Part shown: positions 39,205 through 48,963 of the stretch, in pieces
How the letters are laid out: each line of letters opens with the position of its first letter
Numbering within the stretch: the first letter of the stretch is position 1
Assembly: GCA_041750195.1 (NCBI GenBank)
Contig: JBGSZX010000063.1
Location: forward strand, 35,131-99,130
Direction: 5' to 3'
Source of the DNA: Bdellovibrionota bacterium
Lineage (GTDB): Bacteria; Bdellovibrionota; UBA2428
Length of the DNA: 64,000 nt
Program-made: the position numbers and the translations under genes
The notes under the pieces: model-generated
What the model was told of the DNA's origin: nothing
Seen by the model: the letters and a program-made list of their open reading frames with translations, nothing else
Database searches by the model: none

Positions 39205-39990
39205 ATGAACGAAAAAAAAATAAAACTGCGTGCGGATGAAATTGTCTTTAGGCTAAAACTCGCAGAAAGCAAATCCAAAGCTCAGGCACTTATAATGGCC
39301 GGAGAAGTTATGTTCGAAAAAAATGGACAGTGGATTGAAATTCTTAAACCTGGTCATCCTTACCCGGAAAACACAATTTTCAAGCTAAAACACGACGGCC
39401 CTCAAGATGTTGGTCGTGGTGCGCAAAAGCTGCGAGGGGCCTTCGAAGAATGGCCAGAGCTCGTTTCGGTTGCAAAAAATTGTGTAGCTATAGACGTCGG
39501 ATCTAGTACAGGTGGCTTTACACAGGTTCTTTTAGAGCTCGGAGCTAAAACTGTAGCAGCTGTAGATGTTGGAACTCATCAATTACATGAAAAATTAAGG
39601 TCAGATTCTCGAGTAATCTCTTTGGAGCAAACACATATTTTAAAAATAGATGCACATTTTTGGACGACAAATACTCCAATCCAATTGCCCTTTGATTTTG
39701 CAGTTATGGATGTTTCCTTTATTTCTGTGACTCGAATCATTGCCCATGTTGCATCATGGCTGCGGTTAGGTGCTCCGTGGATAGTATTGGTAAAACCACA
39801 GTTTGAACTCGAAAAGTCATTCCTTAAAAAAGGCATCGTGAAACGACCAGAAGATCGAGAGATGGCTTTAGTAAAGGTTAGAGATTTTGTTGCGGAAACA
39901 AATATGTTTGAGTGGGTTGCGCATCGAGACAGTCCTTTGGCTGGAAGCGATGGTAATTTAGAATATTTGGTTTATCTTAGAAGGTGCTGA
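39205..39990 (+). CDS. tlyA: TlyA-family rRNA 2'-O-methyltransferase
   Basis: S4-like N-terminus, DVGSSTGGFT, DVSFIS, LVKPQFE, GSDGNLEY. Confidence 0.93.
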   Translation: MNEKKIKLRADEIVFRLKLAESKSKAQALIMAGEVMFEKNGQWIEILKPGHPYPENTIFKLKHDGPQDVGRGAQKLRGAFEEWPELVSVAKNCVAIDVGSSTGGFTQVLLELGAKTVAAVDVGTHQLHEKLRSDSRVISLEQTHILKIDAHFWTTNTPIQLPFDFAVMDVSFISVTRIIAHVASWLRLGAPWIVLVKPQFELEKSFLKKGIVKRPEDREMALVKVRDFVAETNMFEWVAHRDSPLAGSDGNLEYLVYLRRC

Positions 39991-41051
39991 TGAGAGAATT
40001 GATTCAAAAACTTTTTATCTTAATTTTTATTGCTTCGTGTTCCAGTGTTTCAAAGAAACCTGTGAAACCAGCACCAAAGCCGGGCGAAGCTCCTCAAGAT
40101 ATATTGTCGGCGCTTCCTTTAGACCCAATCGTCAAGGTAGAGGGCCAAGATCTAGCTGCCGGTGAAAGCATTGACGCGTCGACGGGCGTGGCCAAGCCTC
40201 GAGCCCCCGTCATTGGTGTCTGGATTGATTCGGTTGGTCTTGATGCCTTCTGGGCTCTTGGATATTTGCAGGAGCTTGATAAAGCTGGCGTTAAAATTTC
40301 AAAAGTTGTTGGACAAGGATTTGGTTGTTGGATCGCTTTGGCGTGGGCTCAGCAAGGAAGTTCCAATCAAGCTGAATGGCAGGCTTTCAAATGGAGTCAA
40401 TGGAACTTAATTGGTTTAGATGCAAGTTTGCTTAAACGCATTACGGGCAATCAGGTTTCTTATCAAACGTTTCAGTCGCAATTTGAAAAATGGTTGCCGG
40501 CTAAAGAATTTAAATCTTTAAAATTGCGAAGCGATTGTCCCGTCGTGAGCACTCGTAATAGACAAAAAGGAATTTTAACCAGCGGCCATTCTTTGGGAAT
40601 ATCAAGAGATATGTGGTATCAAATGCGCCAACCATTTTATGGGCCAGCCATGGAACCAAAATCTACGGATGCCTATTTGTCGGCTTGGTCTTTCGGAAAT
40701 TTGCGACCAAAGGACTATGATGCATTTTCTAGGAGCGGCAAGTCTGGCGAAAAAGTTGATTTATGGATTCATTTGAGGACCGTACCAGCAAGTACCTGGG
40801 CACACGATGATCCGTGGCTTTTTGCTGCTGCTAGCAAAGATGAGTGGGATCATGAAACTTGGTTTCAAACGCCAGATGGTAGCTGGGTTCTGCGCAAAAC
40901 ATTGTTCGACAATAAAATTGCAACCAAAACGAATGTTCTGGATTTTGCCCGTCGACGAGAATTTTTACTTGAAGGTAGAAATTTGGGAAAAAAATGGATT
41001 TCAGGTCAATGGTTTCAAAATAATCTGCAAAATAGCTTCTCGCCAGAATGA
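39984..41051 (+). CDS. Lipoprotein with degenerate patatin-like N-terminal domain
   Basis: Lipobox IASC; ALGYLQELDKAGVKISKVVGQGFG resembles the patatin start, but the GxSxG Ser is replaced by Gly. Confidence 0.55.
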   Translation: MLMRELIQKLFILIFIASCSSVSKKPVKPAPKPGEAPQDILSALPLDPIVKVEGQDLAAGESIDASTGVAKPRAPVIGVWIDSVGLDAFWALGYLQELDKAGVKISKVVGQGFGCWIALAWAQQGSSNQAEWQAFKWSQWNLIGLDASLLKRITGNQVSYQTFQSQFEKWLPAKEFKSLKLRSDCPVVSTRNRQKGILTSGHSLGISRDMWYQMRQPFYGPAMEPKSTDAYLSAWSFGNLRPKDYDAFSRSGKSGEKVDLWIHLRTVPASTWAHDDPWLFAAASKDEWDHETWFQTPDGSWVLRKTLFDNKIATKTNVLDFARRREFLLEGRNLGKKWISGQWFQNNLQNSFSPE

Positions 41052-41071
41052 TTTTCAAGTAGCTTTGTGAG

Positions 41072-42100
41072 ATGTCTATTGTTATTGATCCGAACGATCG
41101 TGATCAATTAGAGTTTGTTATTCGCCGATTGAGAGAAGGAAGTCCCATTGCACTTCCTTCTGAAACCGTTTATGGATTGGCGGGAATTGCAACGTCAGAA
41201 AAATCTTTAGCAAATATCTTTAAGTTAAAAAATCGGCCAAGTTTTGATCCGCTCATTGTACATTTGTTGGGCTACGAATTTTTGAAAGCATATTGCGAGA
41301 TAGATTTTGAACTCCAAAGGAATCTTTGCGAAATGTTTTGGCCGGGGCCATTAACAATTTTGTTTAGAAAGAAGAAGTCTATTCCAGATTTATGTACCTC
41401 CGGTAGTCCCTTCGTTGCGTGCCGCGCACCAAGTCATCCTATTTTTGTAAGAGTTCTCGAGGCACTCGAAGGCGAAGGATTGGCAGCACCCAGTGCCAAT
41501 CGCTTTTCTAGTATTTCACCAACTTCGTCAATGGACGTCATTTCTGAACTTGGACCTCACGGGTTGGAAGCCGTGATCGAAGGTGGGCCCACTAAGTTTG
41601 GAATCGAAAGCACCGTCGTAAAAGTACTTTCGGAGTCGCGAATCGAAGTGATTCGTTTAGGCGCACTAAGTCTTGAAGATCTTAAACAGTGTGGGGGGCC
41701 ACATCTTACAATTGAAGTGCGCGAGTCAGGCACCGGTGCCGAGTTAAAAGCTTCTCGCATGGCTTTCGATGCGCCTGGGCAACTAAAAAGACATTATTCT
41801 CCTAAAAAGTCTTTGTGGTTTGTGCACGATAGCAAAAATAGAGAAATTGATTTTTCGAGCGCAGCAAGAATAAGAATATTGAATAAAGATGTTGTTCCAA
41901 ATTCATTGGATGGGCCATGGAAGCTAGATATTTGTTTGAGTGAAAATAATGATCTTGTTGAGGCGGCAAGTAAACTCTTCAAAACATTGAGAGAATTAGA
42001 CAAAAACGAAGAAATCTCTCTCATCGTGGCTCTGCCCAGCGATGAACAGGGGCTAGCTCTTGCTATTCATGATCGACTTCGTCGCGCATCTCATGGTTAA
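41072..42100 (+). CDS. tsaC: Threonylcarbamoyl-AMP synthase (Sua5 type)
   Basis: PSETVYGL, KNRPSFDPLIVH, FWPGPLT, APSAN, GIESTV, PGQLKRHYSP. Confidence 0.94.
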   Translation: MSIVIDPNDRDQLEFVIRRLREGSPIALPSETVYGLAGIATSEKSLANIFKLKNRPSFDPLIVHLLGYEFLKAYCEIDFELQRNLCEMFWPGPLTILFRKKKSIPDLCTSGSPFVACRAPSHPIFVRVLEALEGEGLAAPSANRFSSISPTSSMDVISELGPHGLEAVIEGGPTKFGIESTVVKVLSESRIEVIRLGALSLEDLKQCGGPHLTIEVRESGTGAELKASRMAFDAPGQLKRHYSPKKSLWFVHDSKNREIDFSSAARIRILNKDVVPNSLDGPWKLDICLSENNDLVEAASKLFKTLRELDKNEEISLIVALPSDEQGLALAIHDRLRRASHG

Positions 42101-42102
42101 AC

Positions 42103-42891
42103 TTGAGTTGTTTCTTTTGCGGGGTTAATAATTGTTTTATGGATTTAATGAACGGTCTTAAAATATTTTCTTTAGCGTTTGCAAAAGTATGGTCACATTC
42201 TGATTTGCGTAGGTGGTATTTTAAAACCCTGGTTCTTACAATGCTCATAGCGGCTACTATCATAGTCGGGATATTTTTCTTAGGTTCGTGGGCTCTTAGT
42301 TCATATGTAGATAATAATTGGTATGCAGGTGCAGCAATGGTCGTCTGGGTCTTGGTCCTTTTTTATCTGGGGGGACAGATCGCTACAATTTGCATGAATG
42401 CCATGGTGATGATTGTTGGAGGTGAAAGTGCGGTGACTCGCTTTTATCTTAGCAAGTCTCAGGTGGCGGCTTCTCCCCCAAACAGAAAATTTATAGGTAA
42501 CATTAAGCTTTACAAGGGTGAGGTGTTTTCGATGTTAAGAACATTGCTTGTGGCATGTGTCGCTTGGCCTTTATTCTTAATTCCACTCCTGATGCCCTTG
42601 GGGGTTCTTATTTTTGCATGGACGATGGCGGGTGACGCCATGGCTGTGTCTAAAAGAATGCTTCATGTCGCCGGACTTCAGGCACTTCAGGACAGAGAAA
42701 AAGTTTCGGTATCGAGTATGATAGGAGTTGGATTATTGCCGTCTTCTCTAGCGCTTTTTCCGGTTTTGGGGTGGGCATTGCTTCCAATACTTCAGGTTGC
42801 GGGCGTGGAGTTTCAGCTTCAGGAATCGCGGAGTGGCAAAAAACTTAGAGATATTTTGCCAGAAGGCCATGGCGAAGACCCCAAGGCGTAA
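42103..42891 (+). CDS. EI24/CysZ-like membrane protein (start uncertain)
   Basis: Hydrophobic topology with LFLIP...LFPVLG segments typical of EI24. Confidence 0.5.
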   Translation: MSCFFCGVNNCFMDLMNGLKIFSLAFAKVWSHSDLRRWYFKTLVLTMLIAATIIVGIFFLGSWALSSYVDNNWYAGAAMVVWVLVLFYLGGQIATICMNAMVMIVGGESAVTRFYLSKSQVAASPPNRKFIGNIKLYKGEVFSMLRTLLVACVAWPLFLIPLLMPLGVLIFAWTMAGDAMAVSKRMLHVAGLQALQDREKVSVSSMIGVGLLPSSLALFPVLGWALLPILQVAGVEFQLQESRSGKKLRDILPEGHGEDPKA

Positions 42892-43765
42892 TAAAAACTT
42901 CGCTTTGTCCAAGCCTAATCAAACAAGTTGTAAGAATTAATATTCCTGCGGGCAAGATATCGGCGCGATCTGCCACCATGCCTGTCATAGCTTTTCTAGC
43001 GCGTATTGGTTTGGAGCGAACTTGGTTAGCTAAGTCTTCGAGCGCTTCTAAGCTGACTAGGGACCCTTCGGGATGTTTTGATATCGCATCACAAAGTTCG
43101 GCAGCTTGGAGAAGTGTTCCTCCAACGGCTACGGCCTTGTAATCTTCTGGCTTATATTGGGCCAGCAGCTGAACATAGTAACTATTCGGAAAATAATTTC
43201 TGATTTCAACTTTGGCTTCGTTCCAACGTTCATCGCTAACTGGAATTTTGTCTAGGCCAAGGCCCTCATGACATTTGAGAGCGCCCCCTTGAAAGCTATG
43301 GGCTTTGAGTTTGGGTTTCAAAAAACCAACCTCAGTTGAGGCGCCTCCGATATCCATAAAGACAAAGGGCGAATTAGGGAAGTGATGTTTGGCAGCCTGA
43401 GCCGCACCACGCATGCTAAACTCGGCTTCCTCGAGGCCCGAAATGATTCTCAAGGGAAGCCCCAGGGCTTGCTGTACAATTTTTTGAAGGGCTTCCGGGT
43501 TTTTTGCATTTCGGGCTGCCGCAGTCGCGACCACTTCAACATGGGTTATTTGTCTGCTCCGAGCCTTTAGCCGTAGTGCAATTTCATCAAGCGCTTTATG
43601 GGTCGAAACCAGAGAAGCTTCATCAAAAAAACCGTCTTTTGTTTCTAGGGCTTTGCCGAGTCGGGTGACCCAGGAGTTTGTTTCGACGGGGGCCAACGCT
43701 CCGCGTTCGCTAGTGGCGAAGAGGTATTTTACGGAATTACTGCCTATGTCGATAGCTGCGAGCAT
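42845..43765 (-). CDS. ppx: Ppx/GppA phosphatase
   Basis: AAIDIGSNS, ATAAAR, ISGLEEA, DIGGASTE, RADI, GLRHG. Confidence 0.9.
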   Translation of the reverse strand: MLAAIDIGSNSVKYLFATSERGALAPVETNSWVTRLGKALETKDGFFDEASLVSTHKALDEIALRLKARSRQITHVEVVATAAARNAKNPEALQKIVQQALGLPLRIISGLEEAEFSMRGAAQAAKHHFPNSPFVFMDIGGASTEVGFLKPKLKAHSFQGGALKCHEGLGLDKIPVSDERWNEAKVEIRNYFPNSYYVQLLAQYKPEDYKAVAVGGTLLQAAELCDAISKHPEGSLVSLEALEDLANQVRSKPIRARKAMTGMVADRADILPAGILILTTCLIRLGQSEVFITPWGLRHGLLAKYL

Positions 43766-43784
43766 ATGCTAAGTTATACCAGGT

Positions 43785-45230
43785 ATGTTGGGAATATTGC
43801 TAGCAGCAGGAAAGGGAACGCGCATGAAAAGTTCGCGTTCCAAATTGTTATTCGAAGTCAATGAAGAGCCTCTTTGTTTTGCTCCCTATCGGTGCCTCTT
43901 TAATCTGTGTGAAAAAGTCTTGGTTGTCATTGGACATCGTGGTCCGGAAGTTAAAGATAAGCTAATGGAAAGAGCTATTGAGGTTTTTGGTCGCGAAGAG
44001 GCGGTCTCAAAAACTTTATTTTATACCCAGGAAGAACAAAACGGCACTGGCCATGCGGTGCGTGTCGCGCTTGAGGGTGGCGCAAAAAATACAGGTTCCT
44101 ATGATCATTGTTTGGTTTTAAATGGGGACTTGCCATTGATCCGAGAAGAAACCTTAGCAACTTTAATCAAACAAGCCACAGCTAAGTCATTGGATGCAAG
44201 CTGCCTTAGTTATCATGCTAAAAGTCCCTCAGGCTTAGGGCGCATTGTTCGGGATCAATCAGGAAGATTTACTAAAATCATTGAAGAAAAAGACGCCAAT
44301 CCACAGCAGCGACTTATAGCGGAAGTTAATAGCGGAGTTTACTTGTTTCGCCTAAAGGCACTTGAAGAAAAAATTAACGAGTTAAATACAAATAATAGTC
44401 AAAATGAAATTTATCTTACAGCTATGCTAGGTGCTGAAGCTCAGCCAGAATTAAAATCCGATGCTGTTATAGTTGAAGCGGAAGAAGATTTGCTTGGAGT
44501 TAACACCACCTATGAACTGTCACGGATTAGAAAAATTTCTCAAAGTCGATTGAAGAAAGCCTTGTGCGAAGAAAATGGGGTTATTTTTGAGGACATTGAT
44601 AATTGCTTTATCTCTGCGAAATCTCAGTTTCTTGGAAATGCCGAAATTGGAATAGGCTGCAGAATTGAAGGTCATAGTGTCATCGGTGAGGGTGTCTCTC
44701 TGGATGGCCATGTAAATATTAAAAATTCTAAGATCAATGCTGGGGCTCATATATTATGGTCGAGTGTGGTTTCCGGTTCACAGGTTGGTGCGGGTACAAA
44801 AGTAGGGCCTATGGCTCATTTAAGGCCAGGCAGCGACTTAGGTAAAAAGGTAAAAGTTGGTAATTTTGTTGAGATCAAAAATACAAAATTACACGACGGT
44901 GCAAAAGCTTCGCACCTTTCTTACTTGGGGGATGCGGATATCGGTGAGGAATCAAATATTGGAGCAGGCACCATTACCTGTAATTTTGATGGCTTCAATA
45001 AATATAAAACTGTCATTGGAAAGCGGGCTTTCATTGGATCCGACTCGCAACTTGTGGCACCCATTGAAATTGGTGACAATGCCTACGTTGGCTCGGGAAC
45101 GACAGTGACAGAAGACGTGCCAAGCGGTGCTTTGGCAATTTCAAGGCCAGATATGGTCATAAAGGAAGGCTACGCCGAAAAATTGATTGCAAAACATAAG
45201 GCAATCAAGGAAAAGATTTCCAACAAGTAA
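43785..45230 (+). CDS. glmU: Bifunctional GlmU
   Basis: LAAGKGTRMKS, GTGHAV, GNFVEIK, HLSYLGD, GAGTITCNFDG. Confidence 0.96.
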   Translation: MLGILLAAGKGTRMKSSRSKLLFEVNEEPLCFAPYRCLFNLCEKVLVVIGHRGPEVKDKLMERAIEVFGREEAVSKTLFYTQEEQNGTGHAVRVALEGGAKNTGSYDHCLVLNGDLPLIREETLATLIKQATAKSLDASCLSYHAKSPSGLGRIVRDQSGRFTKIIEEKDANPQQRLIAEVNSGVYLFRLKALEEKINELNTNNSQNEIYLTAMLGAEAQPELKSDAVIVEAEEDLLGVNTTYELSRIRKISQSRLKKALCEENGVIFEDIDNCFISAKSQFLGNAEIGIGCRIEGHSVIGEGVSLDGHVNIKNSKINAGAHILWSSVVSGSQVGAGTKVGPMAHLRPGSDLGKKVKVGNFVEIKNTKLHDGAKASHLSYLGDADIGEESNIGAGTITCNFDGFNKYKTVIGKRAFIGSDSQLVAPIEIGDNAYVGSGTTVTEDVPSGALAISRPDMVIKEGYAEKLIAKHKAIKEKISNK

Positions 45231-45234
45231 TTAT

Positions 45235-47133
45235 ATGTGTGGCATTATTGGATACGTTGGAAAAGGCAACGCCAAGCCCCTTCTTTTGGATGGGCTTAGG
45301 CGAATGGAATATCGTGGCTACGATTCGGCAGGAATTGCCATGCGCCCGAGTGGACCCAATGCCAAAATCATTGTTCGAAGATGTGTGGGGCCGGTTCAGG
45401 GTTTGGTGGATGCCGTTGAAGATATCACCGAAAGCTACCCACAGGGAATAGGACACACACGATGGGCGACTCATGGGGTTCCCAGCGAAATCAACGCCCA
45501 TCCACATAGTGCTAATCTTTTGGTGCTCGTACATAATGGAATTATTGAAAACCATGCGGAGATTAAACTTGAGTTGATGGACCAAGGCATTTCTTTTGAG
45601 TCTCAAACAGACACCGAAGTCTTTGCAAAATTAATTAATAGTAAAATTGAGAAATTGCTTAAGAAAAAATCGGCATCAATCGTAGATCTTGATGCTGAAT
45701 CTCTGGGGCGTCTTGTGTTTTCGGCACTTCAAGAAGCTGCCTCAGAAGTGCAGGGACATTATGCGGTCCTGTTTATGCTTAAAGATATTCCTGGACGCCT
45801 TTTCATGTTGCAGTCTGGGGCGCCGCTAGTGGCGGGAATCACTAACGACGGGGTGCTTATTGCTAGCGATCTGCAGGCACTTTTGCCTTACACTCAAAAT
45901 GTTTCTTTTGTTCCGGTGGGAAGTATCTCAGAAATTTCGGAAACAAAACTCAAGGTTTATTCTTTAAAGGACCTCAGTCCCATCGATCCTAAAATTGAAA
46001 AAATTGAGTGGACTGCTGATAAAGTCGCCAAAGATGGTTTTGATCATTTTATGCTCAAAGAAATTTTTCAGCAGCCAAGTGTGATAGCAGATACATTGTC
46101 GGGGCGAATGCCAATTTCTGATTTAGGTGCGTTTGTTTGGGACAATCCCTCGGCTCACGAAGCTCTATGGAGAAATGTTAAAAAAGTTTACTTGGTTGCC
46201 TGCGGAACGGCTTATCATTCTGCCATGGTTGCTAAGTATTATTTCGAAAAATGGGCGAAGATTTCTGTTGAAGTGGATATCGCAAGTGAGTTTCGTTATC
46301 GCTCTCCAGTTATGGAGCCCGGAACATTGGTTGGTGTGATCTCTCAATCCGGAGAAACTGCCGACACTCTTGCAGCACTTCGCTTGGCAAATGATCAAGG
46401 GCTTTCGACATTTTCAGTTTGCAATGTGCCTGGATCGACCATCATGAGAGAGTCTAATTTTCAGTATTCTACAAAAGCGGGACCAGAAATTGGGGTCGCA
46501 TCTACCAAAGCTTTCACGGCGCAATTGACCGTGCTTTGTTCATTGGCTTATGACGTCGCGAGACTTCGGGGCATGAGTCCAAGCCACGAAGAATTTATTG
46601 ATGGATACCGTTCCCTGGCAAGGTTGCCCCAAGATATTGAGTCACTTTTGCAAAAATCAGATGAGTTCCAAAAAGTTGGTGCGACTCTTGATGACAAGAA
46701 AACCATTCTTTTTGTAGGACGAGGAACCATGTACCCAATAGCGCTAGAGGGTGCCTTGAAGTTGAAAGAAATTACTTATCGTCACGCTGAGGGGTATGCT
46801 GCAGGTGAGTTAAAGCACGGTCCCATTGCTCTTGTTGATACTAGCCTTGCGGCGGTTGTGCTTGCTCCTCGAGATGAGCTGCGTGCCAAAACACTTTCAA
46901 ATTTAGAAGAAATCAAATCTCGAGGTGCCTATATCATTGGCATCGGGGAAAAAGATGACCAGGGGTTTAAAAATCTTTGTGACCAATATATTGAGATGCC
47001 CAAAACGACTTGGACCTCAGCTCCTATTATGTACGTGATTCCTACTCAGCTTATTTCTTATGGCTTGGCTGTGAAGCTAAATTGTAATGTTGATAAACCG
47101 CGAAACTTGGCGAAATCAGTAACCGTCGAGTAA
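45235..47133 (+). CDS. glmS: Glutamine-fructose-6-phosphate transaminase
   Basis: MCGIIG start, EYRGYDSAG, GHTRWATHG, SQSGETADT, PRNLAKSVTVE. Confidence 0.98.
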   Translation: MCGIIGYVGKGNAKPLLLDGLRRMEYRGYDSAGIAMRPSGPNAKIIVRRCVGPVQGLVDAVEDITESYPQGIGHTRWATHGVPSEINAHPHSANLLVLVHNGIIENHAEIKLELMDQGISFESQTDTEVFAKLINSKIEKLLKKKSASIVDLDAESLGRLVFSALQEAASEVQGHYAVLFMLKDIPGRLFMLQSGAPLVAGITNDGVLIASDLQALLPYTQNVSFVPVGSISEISETKLKVYSLKDLSPIDPKIEKIEWTADKVAKDGFDHFMLKEIFQQPSVIADTLSGRMPISDLGAFVWDNPSAHEALWRNVKKVYLVACGTAYHSAMVAKYYFEKWAKISVEVDIASEFRYRSPVMEPGTLVGVISQSGETADTLAALRLANDQGLSTFSVCNVPGSTIMRESNFQYSTKAGPEIGVASTKAFTAQLTVLCSLAYDVARLRGMSPSHEEFIDGYRSLARLPQDIESLLQKSDEFQKVGATLDDKKTILFVGRGTMYPIALEGALKLKEITYRHAEGYAAGELKHGPIALVDTSLAAVVLAPRDELRAKTLSNLEEIKSRGAYIIGIGEKDDQGFKNLCDQYIEMPKTTWTSAPIMYVIPTQLISYGLAVKLNCNVDKPRNLAKSVTVE

Positions 47134-47145
47134 ACTTTCATCTAA

Positions 47146-48492
47146 ATGATGAATGTGTTGCTGATAGAAGATGATCCTTTGGTACTGCGTGCGCTGCAAA
47201 AGGCTATTCCGCAAAATTCTTACGTAGAGACGGCAAATTCTCTGGTAGATTTTTTTAGGAAGCCAAGCAAAGTAGATTCGTGGGATTTAGCGCTAGTTGA
47301 TTTGATGAGTGAATTAGATCCGCAAGGTGAAAAATCAATTGAGCTTATTCAGGTTTTCAGAAAAAAGTTTCCTTTAGCAGCCATCATTGTTCAATCTGGG
47401 GTGGGTGAAATAGAAGTCATGCGACAAGTTGTGCGCCAGGGCGCCAATCGCTTTGTTCTTAAAGAAAATATTTTAGAGCAACTTCCATTGATCTTTGAAT
47501 GGGTCAAAGAGCTGCGTTCTCATCGCGATCGCGTTGAAAGTCTGATGATTGGCAAAAGTTTAGCTATGACTAAATTTAAAGAAAAACTCCTGCGTGCCAT
47601 GCCAGAAAGTGATGACATTTTGATTGAAGGGGAATCGGGCGTGGGAAAAGAGCTTTGCGCTTTGGCCTTTACTCGCGAAGGTCGGCCTTTCGTCTCTGTG
47701 AACGTTGCTAGCATTCCTAGTGATATTTTCGAGGGAGAGCTATTCGGGTATGAGCGTGGAGCTTTTAGCGGAGCACAATCGGCCAAAGCTGGCTTGCTTG
47801 AAGCCGCGGAAGACGGAATTCTATTCTTGGACGAAATTCAGTCTCTGAAATACGACTTGCAGGTTAAGCTTTTGAGAGTTTTAGAAAATAGGACCTTCCG
47901 AAGGTTGGGGTCGAATCAAGAAAAGCAATTTAAAGGTAGGATATTGTCGGCGAGTAACCGGCCGTTGGCATCTCTAGTGGCAGATTCCAGTTTCAGAGAA
48001 GATTTGTTTTTTAGATTGTCGGCCATTTCTATTAATATTCCACCGTTGAGGATGCGAGGGGGGGATGTCACCTTACTCGCACAAAACTTTTTATCTGAGT
48101 TTGACCTGCATTCAGAAAAGTCATTTGAGGATGACGCACTTAAAATGTTGGAGGCTTATGATTGGCCAGGTAATGTTCGGCAGTTAAAAATGTGTGTCAA
48201 AAATGCCGTCATGAACGCATCGATACCCAAAATAGGACAACAAGAGTTAGAGGTTTTTTTCGAACGATGGGAAAGCGTTTCTCTGGCGCCGAGCATAAGC
48301 CAAGGTAATTTTACGGTAGATTGGAATGAGGGGCTTGATGCAAATGTTGCAAAGCTAGAGAGATACATCATTTCAAAAGTTATTGAACGAGATGGCAGTG
48401 TGAAAGCTCGCGAGACTTTAAAAATTAAGAAGTCTAGATTTTATGAGAAAGTAAAAACTCTGGGGATCTCTGCTCAGGAATCGTCTGAATAA
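47146..48492 (+). CDS. NtrC-like sigma54-dependent response regulator
   Basis: Receiver (IEDD, VD), GESGVGKE, GAFSGA, LFLDEI, FREDLFFRL, WPGNVRQL, C-terminal HTH. Confidence 0.9.
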   Translation: MMNVLLIEDDPLVLRALQKAIPQNSYVETANSLVDFFRKPSKVDSWDLALVDLMSELDPQGEKSIELIQVFRKKFPLAAIIVQSGVGEIEVMRQVVRQGANRFVLKENILEQLPLIFEWVKELRSHRDRVESLMIGKSLAMTKFKEKLLRAMPESDDILIEGESGVGKELCALAFTREGRPFVSVNVASIPSDIFEGELFGYERGAFSGAQSAKAGLLEAAEDGILFLDEIQSLKYDLQVKLLRVLENRTFRRLGSNQEKQFKGRILSASNRPLASLVADSSFREDLFFRLSAISINIPPLRMRGGDVTLLAQNFLSEFDLHSEKSFEDDALKMLEAYDWPGNVRQLKMCVKNAVMNASIPKIGQQELEVFFERWESVSLAPSISQGNFTVDWNEGLDANVAKLERYIISKVIERDGSVKARETLKIKKSRFYEKVKTLGISAQESSE

Positions 48493-48499
48493 AATTAAA

Positions 48500-48820
48500 T
48501 TATTTATCGAAGGAAGCCATGCCACCTTCAGGAACTTTTCCTGAGTTGATAGCTTCTTTTAATACTTGAGACACTTTAAAGGTCATAACTCTGCGTGCAG
48601 AAATTTCCATAGACCTTCCACTTTGAGGATTGCGGCCCATGCGAGAACGTTTGTCGCGAAGAACAAAATTTCCAAATCCCGAAATTTTAACGTCTTCACC
48701 ATTACTGAGTGAATCCTTTATTGATTTGAAAACAGTTTCTACAAGTTCAGCGGCTTCGAGTTTTGAGTAGCCGCAGATTTGAGCCACGCGTTCTACGATG
48801 TCGAATTTTGTAAGTGTCAT
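48500..48820 (-). CDS. ihfA: Integration host factor alpha
   Basis: LTK..I, VKISGFGNF..RDK..RMGRNPQSG, ISARRV.TFK.S. Confidence 0.88.
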   Translation of the reverse strand: MTLTKFDIVERVAQICGYSKLEAAELVETVFKSIKDSLSNGEDVKISGFGNFVLRDKRSRMGRNPQSGRSMEISARRVMTFKVSQVLKEAINSGKVPEGGMASFDK

Positions 48821-48963
48821 TTGCTAATCCCCCACACGTTCTCATCTAATGTTAGCTTAAGTTTGTGTATTTTCTAGCGGGTCAATTGTGAATTAGGGCA
48901 CTTGACGCCATGCATTTTGCCGCCGGGGCTTTCAAAAAAATGGCGCTTTGCTGACACAGATTT

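Noticed and set aside
45187-45234. N-terminal extensions in the ORF track for glmS (also tolB, fumC, tlyA, rsmH)
   Set aside because: Artefacts of longest-ORF calling; GlmS needs Cys directly after the initiator Met, and downstream ATGs fit better for the others.
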